NCBI RefSeq assembly: GCF_009834535.1
Contig: NC_045697.1
Coordinates: forward strand, 103,232,001-103,296,000
DNA length: 64,000 nt
DNA from: Camelus ferus
Lineage: Eukaryota
Reading direction: 5' to 3'
The number at the start of each line of letters is the position of its first letter. The stretch's first letter is position 1. The translations under genes were made by a program, and so were the position numbers. This document shows, in pieces, positions 11,443 to 24,310 of this stretch. A model generated the notes under the pieces. It was not told the DNA's origin. It did not search any database and saw nothing but the letters and a program-made list of their open reading frames with translations.

Positions 11443-13859
11443 AAGAATAAATGTTCCAAAAATAAATATGGATGTATGCAGATATGTCTTCACTTACCTG
11501 TGCATACAGTATCTCTGGAGGGATTCCCATGAAACTGGTAACACCAGTTGGGTGGCAGAGAAAGGGAGGAGAAGGGGGGGAAGGGCAGGAGCAGTGAGTG
11601 GAGAACTGGTGGTGGGGAGAGGGGTTGGGGGATACCTTATTTCATCACTTGCAAATCAAGTTTCTAATCAACTCTAAACATGTAATATGATGTCTCCTTG
11701 CACGCTCTTAACACCTGTGCAGGAAATAAGGCAACAACCTATAACAAAATTCTCTACTGAGAGCTAACGTGAGCTAACGATGCTCACCCTCTGCTAAGTA
11801 CCTGAAGTAAGGTGTATCACTGGTCCTCCTAACAGCCTTTCTGGTAGGCTCTGTCCCCTTTCCATAGACACTGAAATGAATCACACACCCTGAGGGTGTC
11901 CTCCCCAGAGTCATGCCAAGTCAGAAGCAAGGTCAAAGGCAGGCACCGTGTTAGCTTTACAAAGAATTTTCGTCTTATGGGGCAGTGGCCCTGAGTCACA
12001 CAATTCTGGGACCACAATTGCAATAATTTTTAATCAACAGAATCCTTGTATGATATCCCCAAACAAAACTTAGAGGTCTTGAAGAGTCTCCCACAAACGA
12101 ATCATACCGGCCCCAAGCCAGAGTGTGCTGGACACCACCTCTGTGCTGGGTAACAGAGACCTTAAAGGACCAAGTACAGTTCTCGCTCCTAAAGGTAAAC
12201 TCTTTGCTGTTAGGTAAGATTACTTTAGAAAGCTTCACATTGACCTTTACAGACACTCTGCTACTCTGATATAATAATAGCCAGAGGATTATCTTCCTAT
12301 CAAGTTACAGCTGTTCACCTGGTCACTCAGAGTTTTATGCTTCGTGCAAGTTGGCCAAAGGGAGGTTGTGAACTTTGAGAGACCATTTACAGCCCCTCTG
12401 GTCCCAAATGCTGCCTCACAGAAGCAGGACTTTGTCCCCTGTCTCTCTGGAGCCTGTTCACTGTAAGGCTTTCTGTCCTCATTCCCACGTGCTCCTTCTA
12501 TGCCTCTCTGTTTCCTGGATTCATTTATTTCAAAAAGAAAGAAAAAAGAGTGAAACCCTTCTTCTATTCAGAGGAACCAGCACTCTAGGGCTTGTTTCTT
12601 TAAGTCCTGAATAATGTTTAAGCATTACACTGTAATATGTTGAGTTTTAAGAGACCAAAGCTTCCATGGTAGAAATGGAAATGATTTATTCTGGAAATTC
12701 TCACTGTATTGTTAAACCCACAGGCCCTAAGAGAGCTGACAATTTTACCCAGTCGAGTAAATATTTTGATACAGGCCAGTCTAAATAACTTCCATTTCCA
12801 TGTGACTGTGTGAGATTGTTTTCTTTATCATTCTCTGTTGATAAAATAATCAGAATTACCATCATGAGTCACCATCATTCTCCCTCACTGAATTTAAGAT
12901 TAAATGGATGTGGAATCATCCATTACATTTTCTGCTGTAAGGACCAAAGGGACTTTGAGAAGAAAATCAAGACAAAGGTCTATGTACTGGCACAGGGCTG
13001 CCCCACTAACCCCATATTCGCATCAGAGTACGTTACAGCCGACAGAAGTGCGCCCCGCGTTCCAGAGAACAGTGTCCATGATTTGCATTGCTATCACTTC
13101 ATAGCTAAAATATTCAGCTGCTTTCAAAACTTACACTGGTGAAAAATAAGAAATGACCTAAAAAGAACATGTGTGTTTTAGGGGTCACACTACACCGTCA
13201 CCCACACAGGATTTTCTCGAATACACACACACACGTATGCATGTACGTTCGAAGCTTTAAAAATGTGCTAACCTTAGTTTTAGTGCTTTGCTTATTGGAG
13301 CTGACAAAGCAGAATTTCAGGGAAGGATATCCGCTATAAGAGGTTAAAATCTGAAATACTGCAGAAAGCACGACAACTTCTGCTATTTGTAGATCTTCTG
13401 GGTTGAAATGTTTTCATGATGTGCTCTTAAATTCCTTTACTGAAGAGCAAAGAAAGAATTATCTCGAGTTTCATGAAATTTATTGGAAGAAAGCAGAAAT
13501 CTCTGACATCTGCAGAGAAATCAACAGGTAGGAGACAAAGCAGCTGGAACATCAGTTGTCTACCCCGAATTTCTAGCTTGTCCGCCGACGGGACTCCTGT
13601 GTGAAGTGCTGGCAAGACACTGGCTCATGAGTGGGCTCCAGCTCATCAGTCCCGATTTAGCTTTATTTTCGCTCCAAATCAAATCCCACATTTTGATAAC
13701 TTCAGTGGGGGAGGGAGCTACAATTCAAAATTAAATCAAAGAAAGGAGTATTTATTGGGATTTTAAAACCAAATGGAATGAACAGACACAGATGTGTTTA
13801 GTAAGCTCAGGTTCAAATCAACAGATGTGAAATCAGCCAGTCGGGCGCAAGCATCCCCA

Positions 13860-14100
13860 GCAATGATAATGTTGAGAGCTCATAGTAGCATCGCCTGGTG
13901 GGCACTGCTCTGAATGCCTTACAGGTATGACATCACTCATCCTCACCACGACTCTGTGAGTTAGGTGTTATTATCAGCCACAATTTACAAAGGAGGAAGT
14001 CCACGTACAGAGAGTGGAAAGAAGCTCGCTGAAACTGACTCAGCTAGCAAGGGGCAGAGCCAAGATTTGAACCCTGGTGGTTTAGCTCCTGAGCTGGTAC
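13860..14100 (-). mobile_element. MIR SINE
   Basis: ggcactgctctgaatgccttaca...atcctcaccac...tttacaaaggaggaag...ggcagagccaagatttgaaccc. Confidence 0.72.
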
Positions 14101-14259
14101 TGCCTCACACGTGATTTAGGATTAACGTAACAGAGTGAAAATAACAAGCCACTGTAGGCATCGTCACAGTCTGTGCCCTCTATCCCGACCAAAGACCATC
14201 TGGAATTATTAAGCAGTCTTTACGTTCCTTGACCTTGAATTAACCTAAGGTGTGATATC

Positions 14260-14753
14260 TGAGGCAGAGACTGCTAGCTGTTCTCCAATAGACATGCTTT
14301 TCTTCTTCCTTTAATAAAGGAACCCCTTGAGGTTTTGCTGGACACCTGTCTGCCCAACAAAAAACTCTGCTGGCCTCCCTAACAACTAGATGTAGCCATG
14401 TGACCAAGTTCTACACAGTGGGGTGAGCAGAAGTGATGTTCACAGCCTCGTGGTCATGCCGTAAAAAGGAGGGCCATGACCATGACTTCTTTCTTGCCTT
14501 CCTGCTGTTTAGGATGTGGACGTGATGATATGGGAGGCAGAGGGGCTGTCCCGGATGGTGAAATGAGAGCTGTATGCTAAGGCTGGCAGAACAAGACAGA
14601 AGAAGCCTGGGGGCTCCAGGGCCACGATATCAGCCCCAGACTGTTCACACTCTGGCTGCCACATCAGAGAGAAATAAACTTCTACTTTATTTAAGCTACT
14701 GTGATTTTGGACTTTTTTTTTTACAGCCATCGAAACTTTACCCTAACTAATAC
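14260..14753 (+). mobile_element. MaLR solo LTR (MLT1I/J-like)
   Basis: Starts tgaggcagagactgctagctg, contains gccatgtgaccaagttct and gagagaaataaacttctac, ends ctaactaataca. Confidence 0.82.
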
Positions 14754-15099
14754 ATCTAAATTTTTTTTTTAACATTTAAAGTAGGCTCAGCTACCCACTC
14801 TACAAGGCATACTCTCCATTTTCTGAGATGTTAATTCATGAGTAAGTTTCTGTCATCTTGGAGGCTTGTTTTTAAGGCCACTGTTACACTGAAGTAGCAT
14901 CTCCAGTGTCCAGTTGTTTCTTATGAAACCAGCACAAATGTTAATAGAGCGATTAAAGAGCAAACCTGTAGCTTAGAAACTTGAAAATTTTCCAGCAGTG
15001 CACATTCATACAGGTCGCAGCAGTAACATGGAATCTGGGTATCTGGTCTACCACTTTTCACCTTCAATATGACCTTTACATACATCTGCCAACACCCAA

Positions 15100-15305
15100 A
15101 GTGGGCTTTCTCCACCTCAGCTCCAGTGACATTTTGGCTCAGATAATTCTCTGCTGTTGGGTCTGTTCTGTGCACTGTAAGATATTTAACAGCATCCCTG
15201 GCTTCTATCTAATAGAAGCCCCCTGGTCATAGTAATTAAAAATATCACCAGACAGTGTTAAACGTCCCCTGGGGGAGGTGCAAATCTCCCCCAGCGAAGA
15301 ATCAT
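15100..15305. mobile_element. MER20 (hAT-Charlie) DNA transposon
   Basis: tgacattttggctcagataattctctgctg...tgtgcactgtaagatatttaacagcatccctggc...ccagacagtgttaaacgtcccctggggg. Confidence 0.8.
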
Positions 15306-18170
15306 ACATCTCATGTATCCTAGGTTGCAGATTTTGAGAAAATAGGGGCTGTGGCTATTTAAATCCTAGCAGGGATACAGACAGGTAGGTCCTTAACATC
15401 CCTCTGATGACAGTGGTGCCCTGGTGATTACCCGGGGCAAAGAGCACGAGCTGTTCTTATTTTTTAAATTAAGAAGTTCACTGAGCTTTCAATAAGAAAA
15501 TTCACAGGGTAATAAAAAAAGAAAGTCACAGGCATAATTCCAAGCACATTTAACTACTAGTCTAACTTCGTCTATCCAAGGTTAAGATGGAAATAATTGC
15601 CTATGGGAAGTGAAAAAAAAAAAATCCTCCAGGTCTGAATAGTGTTCTTTTGTAGAAAGTTTAATGACAGAAGAAAATTTGACCCTTTGAGAACAGAAAG
15701 CACTGCCTTTATTAAACTTTAGCCTTTTAATGTTGCTGGCACCATCTTTTCAGACATTTGGATACTATATATGTGTGATAAGTGTGAATTATTTGCAGGT
15801 CTCTTCAAATAAGTAAGCGTTTTTAGCCCCACCATTCAAGCTCCCCTACCTTGACAGCCCCCATAACACCTGGCATTACGACTGTTTTGACCAATGGAAA
15901 CGTTTCTATGTACCATGGGACCAGCTCCTTCAAAGCAAATAATATCTTCAAATCTCTTTCTTATTAGAGAGAATGGGAAGACGTGTACTGTAAAAAGATA
16001 TGTCAGGCCCGTCACCTGTCCTGCGATGGGACTTCGGGGGTGAGCTGAGGAAAAGGCTGTCACCCTGCGTTGTTTTCAGATCACTCCATGCACCGGGAAG
16101 GTCCCCAGCACCGTTTGCAGAATTAATGACTGTCAGGGCGCGGGAAGCCAATCAATTTGATGTACACGTTCGTCAACATAGCAGCAGTAATGCCCCAAGG
16201 GTAGGATGAAATTACATTGTTTAAATGGAGAGAATTCTCTCTTAGTTGATTTCTGGAGTGGGTGGAATCCAAGACATACCTTCTTCTCCCTTTTAATATA
16301 TATGCTTTTAAAAGCTTAGCTGATTGCTGCAATCCATCATTTCCAGCAACCAAAAAACTCCATTATTTCAACCTGAGCATTTTACCATTCATGTTGAGGG
16401 TGGAGGGGAGCAGGCAGGAAGGGTGATTGGCTCTTTGTAGGAAGAAATTATTTTAAAAAATGGGAATTAAAGGCAACATACTGGGGACTGGGGGTCATTT
16501 ACCCCTGTCTAACACGCCAAATAAGAATCAAGGATGGGCACTGTCAGCACTATTTACATCCAAGAAGGTGCAAAACCAAAGACTAATTTCAGATACCAAG
16601 GAATCTATTCAATTAATGGCTAAATGCAGAATTAAGAATTTTTCTTCTATCTTTTTCCTTCCACTTAAGTTCACTTTGCCATTACTTAAAAATTTTGAAA
16701 AGCAATCAGAGACATTTGTTCTTCAATGAGATTCACTCAAATGTGAAAAACATCATTACTTTTCCTTTCCTACTGCGATACATGTGGAATAGTACCAGAT
16801 CACTCTGGGAAGGGTCTGGTTCCCCCTTTTGTTTGATTTGTTTTTAGTACAGTGGGTGACAGCTTCAAAGGTCTCGTTCAGAAGTGATTCAGTCATCTCA
16901 ATAGGATGGGAGTTTGGAGCCTCAAAGTGTTTGGCACAAACCAACCTGTCAAGTCAAAACCAAAGCACCAAGTGTTTTAGTTCTTGGGTTTGTCACTGGG
17001 GAACTCAAAGGAGAGAATATACTCTAGGTACCCTTATTGGTTAGCCCAGTAATGACCAAACTGCTAATTGTGACCTACTGGCAGATCATGAACTAAATTG
17101 GTCTCCACTAGCATTCAAAAAAAAAAAAAAAAAAAAAGGTGAAATAAAATAGGATACATTAGAAAAATCAGACATGGTACATGGTGAAGATTGTTTCATT
17201 TACCTATCTTTAGCAATCAATCAGCCTATCTCTATATATTTTGCATTGTCATTTAAGATACACATATACGTACACATATATAAACAGGTGGGAAATTTAC
17301 TATGAGTTTTTGTTCAGAAATTTGAAAGCTACCAACTCAGTACGTGGGCCCACCTACTTTGTTATGATAAAGTATTTTAAGAGGGCAAGTCTATTAAACC
17401 CAATACATAAAATAAACACAAATATCTTTTTCCTACTGCAGATTTTAAATTCTTTCTTTTAAATATCTTTAATCCCATCAACCTGAGCAATTTGAAACAA
17501 AAAAAAAACGAGCCCAAGCTGGTTACCACCTTCAAGAGGGTAAGAAAATTACTTCTTTGCTAGCGGTGTGCCAGGATCACTCTAGTTCTTCAATTGCACA
17601 AATAAAGGCAGTCATGTTGGGATCCAGCTGTTTGCAAAGGGATTTAGAAAGTGTCATGGACATAATCTGAGAGGAGTTACTAGCATCATCTTGAGAATGT
17701 CAGCAGCACAATCTGACCTGTGAGACTTCTCTGCCCTCATTCCAAGCAGGGAGAAGTTTTTCCAACTGATCAAAGGAATCCTTATGAATCAGCGTAGATG
17801 ACTCCCCAAGACTCCAGGACCATAATAGAGTCAGCAATAGCACTTAGCTTGAGCCAGTAATGATTTCCCAGCGGTCTAACTGCAGCTTTACCGCAGATCC
17901 CCAGTAAAATGAAAATGACTTAAGTGCCTTCAGTGTGCTAAGCGCAGAAGAGCATCCTGGTTGGGTTATCTATGCATACCAAATACAAAAGGTCAGATGG
18001 ACGCAGTTTTCCTCAAATTCGTTTCTCTTTGTTATAACTTGTTCTAATATATGGTGTCCTACCCTGAAGAGGGGCCACCATTGCCAGGGAACAGTGAGTC
18101 AACTAAGAACTTTTTTTTAAACTATGAAATCTCTTAAGTGGACGTTTCTATTTAAAATAGCAAAGCCCTT

Positions 18171-18540
18171 AAGTCAGATGGAGAAAGACAAATACTGTAT
18201 GATCTCATGTATACGTGGAATCAAAAAATATAACAAACTAGTGAATATAACAAAAAAGAAGCAGACTCACAGATACAGAGAACAGATTAGTAGTTACCAG
18301 TGGGGAGAGAGAAGTGGGGACTGAATGGGGTGAGGGGATTAAGAGATACAAACTATTAAGAATAAAATAAGCTACAAGGGCACATTGTACAACATGGGGG
18401 AAATAGCCAGTATCTTACAATAACTATAAATGGAATACAACCTTTACAAATTGTGAATTACTATATTGTACACCTGTAACTTACATGATATTGTATAGCT
18501 ACTATAATTCAATTAAAAAAAAGAATGTTAAAAAAAAAAA
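18171..18540 (+). mobile_element. L1 3' end
   Basis: aagtcagatggagaaagacaaatactgtatgatctca... with poly-A tail; flanked by diverged TSD aaaatagcaaa..ccctt. Confidence 0.88.
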
Positions 18541-19239
18541 GGAAAATAGCAAAAACCCTTTAAGAGAGTTTGACCAGTTTGTTCTCACATGTCAAAAAAA
18601 AAAAAAAAAGAACACACACACACACACTCATGAGTGTAAATGGATGTAAAGAGATCACTTGTAAAGGTTTCTCTTGTCTGCACCATCAACCGTTCCCCCA
18701 GTGAATTTTGAAGCTTGTATCATCCTGGAGGAAACTGTAATTCAGACTCACTCTCCAACCCTCTATTAAGAAGTCGACCTCACAGCTTGCCAGCAAGGAG
18801 CGGACTGCTTGTTTTATCACTGAATCGTATTATCTCATTTCCTGTCTCAGCAAACTGCCTCAGAATGGGTTGGCTGAAAAATGGTTAACAGGTCTAGTCT
18901 AGAGAATCACCTCACTCTAGTCTGGTGGTTAAAAAGCACTTGAAACAAAAATGTAGACAAACAATGTATTTACACAATGCAAGTCTCAAAAGATCTATGA
19001 AGAATCTCCATTTCCTCAAATATTATGGACAATAAAATATTGTTAAAAAGAGATTTCAACGTCTGAGGATTGTCGGAGATAGGTGGGAAGTGGTACATAT
19101 TTAGCAGGAAGTTTCTGACGGCTTAGTACTTGCTAGTGTTTCTAAGAAATTCCTTATTAAGTGCTGTTCTCATGAACGAGAAAAGGCAAACCTCCCACTT
19201 CAAAAGATTCACATTATGTGCTCCCCAATAGGCGTTCTT

Positions 19240-19520
19240 CTGCTTGTCAGTAACGCATGTAGGTAACAAATATTCAAGAATTCTGTTGTAAATAACAGAC
19301 GTTATTGTCTTAGATGATACAACGTGGTGTAACGTTTGTGAAGCGCCATCATTAGTGGCTTTAGGACCGTAAATCACCCCTTCAATGGCAGAATTGGTAA
19401 AACACACACACACAATGGCCTCTAGGCACGCTTTGTAAACATCTGTTGGAGTAATTTGTAGTTTTATTGGCGAATTCGTAGTTCCCTGACAGAGCTCTTT
19501 ACAAATAATAATGAAGCAAT
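19240..19520. promoter_or_regulatory. Candidate developmental enhancer (PBX-HOX, posterior HOX/CDX, MEIS, FOX, SOX motif cluster)
   Basis: TGATTTACGG (rc, 19367-19376), TTTTATTGGC 19462-19471, TGACAG 19487-19492, TGTAAACA 19434-19441, TGTAAATA 19287-19294, ACAATGG 19412-19418. Non-repetitive, with many CpGs retained. Confidence 0.5.
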
Positions 19521-20019
19521 TCCAGTGTGAAGCTAAATTCCCCTTTCTTACAAAGGCATTCTCTTTCTGACAATGAATTCTAAATAATGGATTTGCCTTG
19601 CCATTTTTTAAAAATTCTGATTTGAAATTTTGTAGCTTTCCAAGCTTTTTTATTATGAGGGTGACTTTTGTAGACTTTTTTCCATAAATATTCAGTTCAC
19701 TGTCTAGATTGTCATTTTCAACTGATTGAGAAGAAACCGAAAGTTTAACTAAACACAGTAACATAAAAATGTCATCCCTCTCTCATAACTTATAGTCAGA
19801 AAAATCAAATGAGATAAATATCGGGCAACACTCACCACCAATAAATTATTACATTATTCAATGTATTGGTTATTGGAATTATTAAAGGGATATGTACAGA
19901 TTCCATCCACTATAAAAAGAATACCCAGTAAATTAAATTAACTTTCTCTGCCTCTCTTATCTTTGTTCAAGTCCTCTTTGTTTCCATTAAGCTTTTCAGA
20001 GGACTTTGTTAGGGCTTTA

Positions 20020-20645
20020 AAGATTAAACAAGAAAAAGTCAGATTAACTTTTTTAAATGGAAGGGAGATTCTGTTATTTCTCTGCTCAAAACATTCCAGT
20101 GGTTCCTGGGATACTTGCAGTGAAGCCCAAATCCTGGCTTATTCACCAGCAGGCTCTACCAGCTTTTCCCCTTCCCTCCCCTCCAGCCAGCCTCTCTTCT
20201 GCCATCATCTCCCCAAGCCAGCTCATCCCCACTCTGGGCCTTGTAGTACCAGCTTCCTCCACCGAGAGCACTCGCCCCCAGAGTCAGGACGGGACCGGCC
20301 CCGTACTGTACCTTCTCAGGGAGAGCTTTCTCTGACCATCCTACTAGGATGGCTCCTTTCCAACCCCCCTTACCTGGCTTAGTTTTTTCATGATGTTATT
20401 AAATATATATACAAATAAAATTATACATTACATATGAAGATATTATTTACTTTTAGAATGTTATTACATATGTGTGTATATCATATACACACTGTCTAAT
20501 CATTTGTGTAGCAACTGCTTCTCTTCCTCCCTTGCATGTAAACCCCATAAGGACAGGGACTTTGTTCTGTTCACTGTTCTTCCCTAGACCTAAAAAGTAC
20601 TCATCATACAATAGCAGCTCCCTAAGTATTTGCTGAATGAAGAAA
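20020..20645 (+). mobile_element. L2 3' region (decayed)
   Basis: tctgctcaaaacattccagtggttcc...catgtaaaccccataaggacagggactttgttctgttcactg...aagtatttgctgaatgaa. Confidence 0.7.
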
Positions 20646-20697
20646 TAAGCTTTCTTTTTACCCAGGGGTACCTACACCTCATAATAGTGTCTCATAC

Positions 20698-21337
20698 TGT
20701 TAGCGCAGGCAGATAGCTAGATACGAGCAGATAACGGGGGACACAGACCAAATGGTAGAAATTGGGCAAAAAGGAGAGACACAGGCCAAATGCAGGAAAC
20801 CACACATCATGTGAGCACCAAGGGCCCCTGGGCAGAGGAAGAAAACAGGAACCTCTGGGCTGATAAGTGGTCACATCTTATGGGTGATGAGCGGTCCGGA
20901 GGTCGACAAAGGTCAGAAAAGGCAGGAATCTCCAGTGTCCTTTTGCTCATTGTGCCCTCATTACAATAAAATTAGCCTTGCTGATTAGAAGTACCCATCA
21001 TGCAGTGACACTATGACACTTTGGATCCAGACTAAATAAGGACAAAAATCCCTCCTCCCCTCAGGAAGGTGGAGTTGGGATGGAAATCAGGGAATATGAC
21101 CCCAAACCCTTCCCGCCCCAATGAATATTCCGCCCATTCATTTTTACACCCTATGTAACCAACTTGCCAAAAAAACTCAGGGCTGCTGCTCACCTGAGCC
21201 TGCCCGCTCTCCCCTGAGAGTATACTATCCCTCCCTTAATAAATCCTCACTTTACTTCTTAATCTCCACATCTTGTCTCTGAATTCTTTCTGGGACGGAG
21301 CAAGAACCTGGAACACCAGTTTCATCTACAGGCAACA
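20698..21337 (+). mobile_element. ERV1-class solo LTR, 640 bp, intact ends
   Basis: TGTT...AACA termini, perfect 4-bp TSD ATAC (20694-20697, 21338-21341), AATAAA 21238-21243, and an ERV1-type U5 end gaattctttc...caagaacc. Confidence 0.9.
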
Positions 21338-23759
21338 ATACTGCTCATCAAATACTTAATGCTATTCCGATCCTTTTATATTTAATCCCCATTTCACGAC
21401 ATCTCAGTATCCTCTGACACTGATGGAGAAGAATGAAGGTAATTTAAGGGGCAAGTCAGTGAATCTGTTGGTAGCCACTAAGATCGTTTTTCTCATTGAC
21501 TTCTTCTGTTAGGAAACTAAATAGATGCAACAAAAATGTGAACGCTCATTACACCTCTTGATAAAGCTACTGAAAATATTCAGCAGCAGCGATGGTATTA
21601 TTAATTATACCTAGGTGAATGATATTTATGAGACCAACAGTGCAATGCAACAGTACAAAGCACTGTTCCATTAAACACTATTCTCAACAGCACAGTTAAA
21701 TAAGATGGTGCGCACTTCTCTCCAATAGCAGGTGCTCCAATATACATTTAATTCATGAATCTCCTTTGTAAGATTAAAAATAAGGAACCATCCTTAAACT
21801 TCAGTTGCTCCTCAAGTGAGCTTAGTAAGTTGTCAAACTGAAATAACGTACTTAAAAGACCATGGTCATATGTATAATTCATATGAGTATTTCTCAGCTC
21901 TTTGTTAATAACTTACAGGATACGTAACTTACATTTTTGGAAACGACTCTGCTAATATCTGCTCACTGTAACACAAGATGTTTGGGAGCCTTGGACAAAG
22001 ACCCATCTTGTGTGTGACCATGAGAATTACTACAGTGCAACTCAAAGCATCACGAATCTTATTTTTCTCCCTTAACACCTTTACTCCCTCTAATAAATTT
22101 GATTTTTTTCTTTATAAGTGTTCCATGCTCATTATAGAAAACTAGAAGAACAAAGACAAGTGAGAAAAAAAATCCAAGAACCATAACCACACTCTCCATC
22201 ACTACCCAAAGACAACTGCTATGAACATTTTGGTGAACTTTCATTTTATTTCTTTTTCATGTCCAAATGCCTTAAAAAAATTAATTACTATGAAAGGCTT
22301 GTAATCCAAGGCAAGTCTTAGCATGACACCAGTGATGATATTTTTAAAATACCACATTTTCGAGTGATAAAAGTAACAGTTGGGAGATAGACCGGAGTGC
22401 TTTAAAAATTAACATTTTTCATAAAAATGAAAAACAATTTGGCCAAAAATAGCGTCAAAAAGAACTTTCACATACCGAAAGCATGCCTACATGTTAAAAG
22501 CATTTGCAAGAGTACACATTTTTTTTCCCCCTGAGTAAAATTTTCCCCTGCTTTGCTTTTGGCAAGTACCTACACAGTACATACAAAATTAGTGAGTAAA
22601 AAAAGTAATTTGTATGAGTCATCTCGCCTTTAAGACAAAATGGTTACCTAAAATCCGTAATTTATTCCTGCCTCCACACTCTGGCAAAGACTGACAGCTA
22701 GAGCTTGGACTTTGTCCTTTATAATAAGTCATTCCCCTCTGGGCTACCTGATTCTCCATCCTGTTTCCCATTCCTATAAGACAGCTGACTTCCCTGATAA
22801 CCTCACCACTGCCGTTCCTGGGACCCACCCATTTCTGAGTCTTTCAACTGAACGTCCCTGAACCTAATTCCATTCAAGTTGAAAGAAAAGCAACTGATCT
22901 GAGTGACTCATTCCTGGTTACTTACAGCAGGGAAACTAGATTCTGCAGATGGATGAGTCATTTTGACTGGAAAGCCCTGGATAGAAGGAAGGTACCCAAG
23001 GGTGCACGTAAGTGCATGTAACAGAAGATGAGGAAATTGTAAAAGCAGCAGGTGCCAATGAGTGCAAGATATGAGAACAGCATCCCTTAATCTGAAGTAT
23101 TTTGATATCTTAAGATAGGTTTCACTTTCCAAACATCCCTTATAAGATTTTTTTCCCAACATTTTCATCTCTTCCAGCTGAGAATATCTCCATTCATTTT
23201 TGTAGGTCTGCCATTTTTTTCTATGGACACACATAAGTTCTGCTGAAGTTGGTCTCCTTGTCCAAAGCACCAGGCATATCCTCATGAGAAAAACTTCTAG
23301 AGAGATCTGGTGTCAAGCATTCATTACCAGAACATACAAGATAGTTTTACCTTTGTTCCAATGATGTTTATGATTATAAAAGTAATGGATGCTTATTGTG
23401 AAAATGGAAGTCCATAAAATGTAAGTGAAAGTCACTTGAAATCTTAATAACACTGAGTTAACATTTCTACATCGGTCCTCCCTGATTTTCCCCCAGTATG
23501 CAAGCATTTTTACAAACTATGGGGTCTTACCGCTCATGAGGATTTACAACCTGATTTACATTTTCATGAACTGTGTGAAACACTCATTTAACGCTGGCAT
23601 CTCGCTGGGAGGGCTCACCAAAGGAAGATGGCTAAGCATCATTGCTTTATCAATATTTTCAGTAGTTCACTCAGTTTAGAGATTGTTCATTAGCACTCCA
23701 AATCATCATATGAGTAAATGATAGATTCTAAAAAAAAGTGATTTGAACACATAGGTATC

Positions 23760-24310
23760 TAAAAAATTATAAAAGTAATATAAATTAATTAACAAAATTA
23801 ATTAACAAAAACAGAACAAAGGATATGAACTGAAGAATGAAAGAACACCCCTCTCTTAACTACCCCTCTCCTCCCAATTCCAGCCCTTTTCACTCCTCAT
23901 GGGAGTCACTGTTCAGAGTCTATTTGTGGAGTTTATCTGTGGAGAAATTATCTATGCACACACAAGCATATTATGTGTATAGAAAATGCACCACCTCTTT
24001 TTTAAAAAATATAAATGGGATCATGTCACCTATGTTGTCAGTAGCCAGTTTTTTGTTGTTTAAATCTAATGATGTATCTTAAGACATCTTTTCACACAGA
24101 TTCCCAAAGATCTCCTTCACCTTTTTTTAACCGCTCTGGCATTTTCCATCAAATGTCCTACGGTTCATTTCACCAGTTTCTTACCTTATGGACATTTAAT
24201 TTGTTTTCAGATATTTATGCTGAAAGCATACCCTTGTCCCTCTAGACCTTAGTGTTACTTGCTCAAGTCTATTTGGAGACTGACTTCTCAGAATGGCGCA
24301 TCAGGGTCCA
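23760..24310 (-). mobile_element. Old L1M (L1ME-like) 3' region fragment
   Basis: aaatgggatcatgtcacctatg...tggacatttaatttgttttcag is typical antisense L1M 3' UTR. Related pieces at ~22070-22260 and ~23370-23570. Confidence 0.55.

Noticed and set aside
19123..19764. Longest ORF in the track (213 aa, minus strand)
   Set aside because: Non-ATG start, no recognisable domain, includes a CA-repeat-derived VCVC, and does not match ZNF827. Better explained as chance over non-coding sequence.
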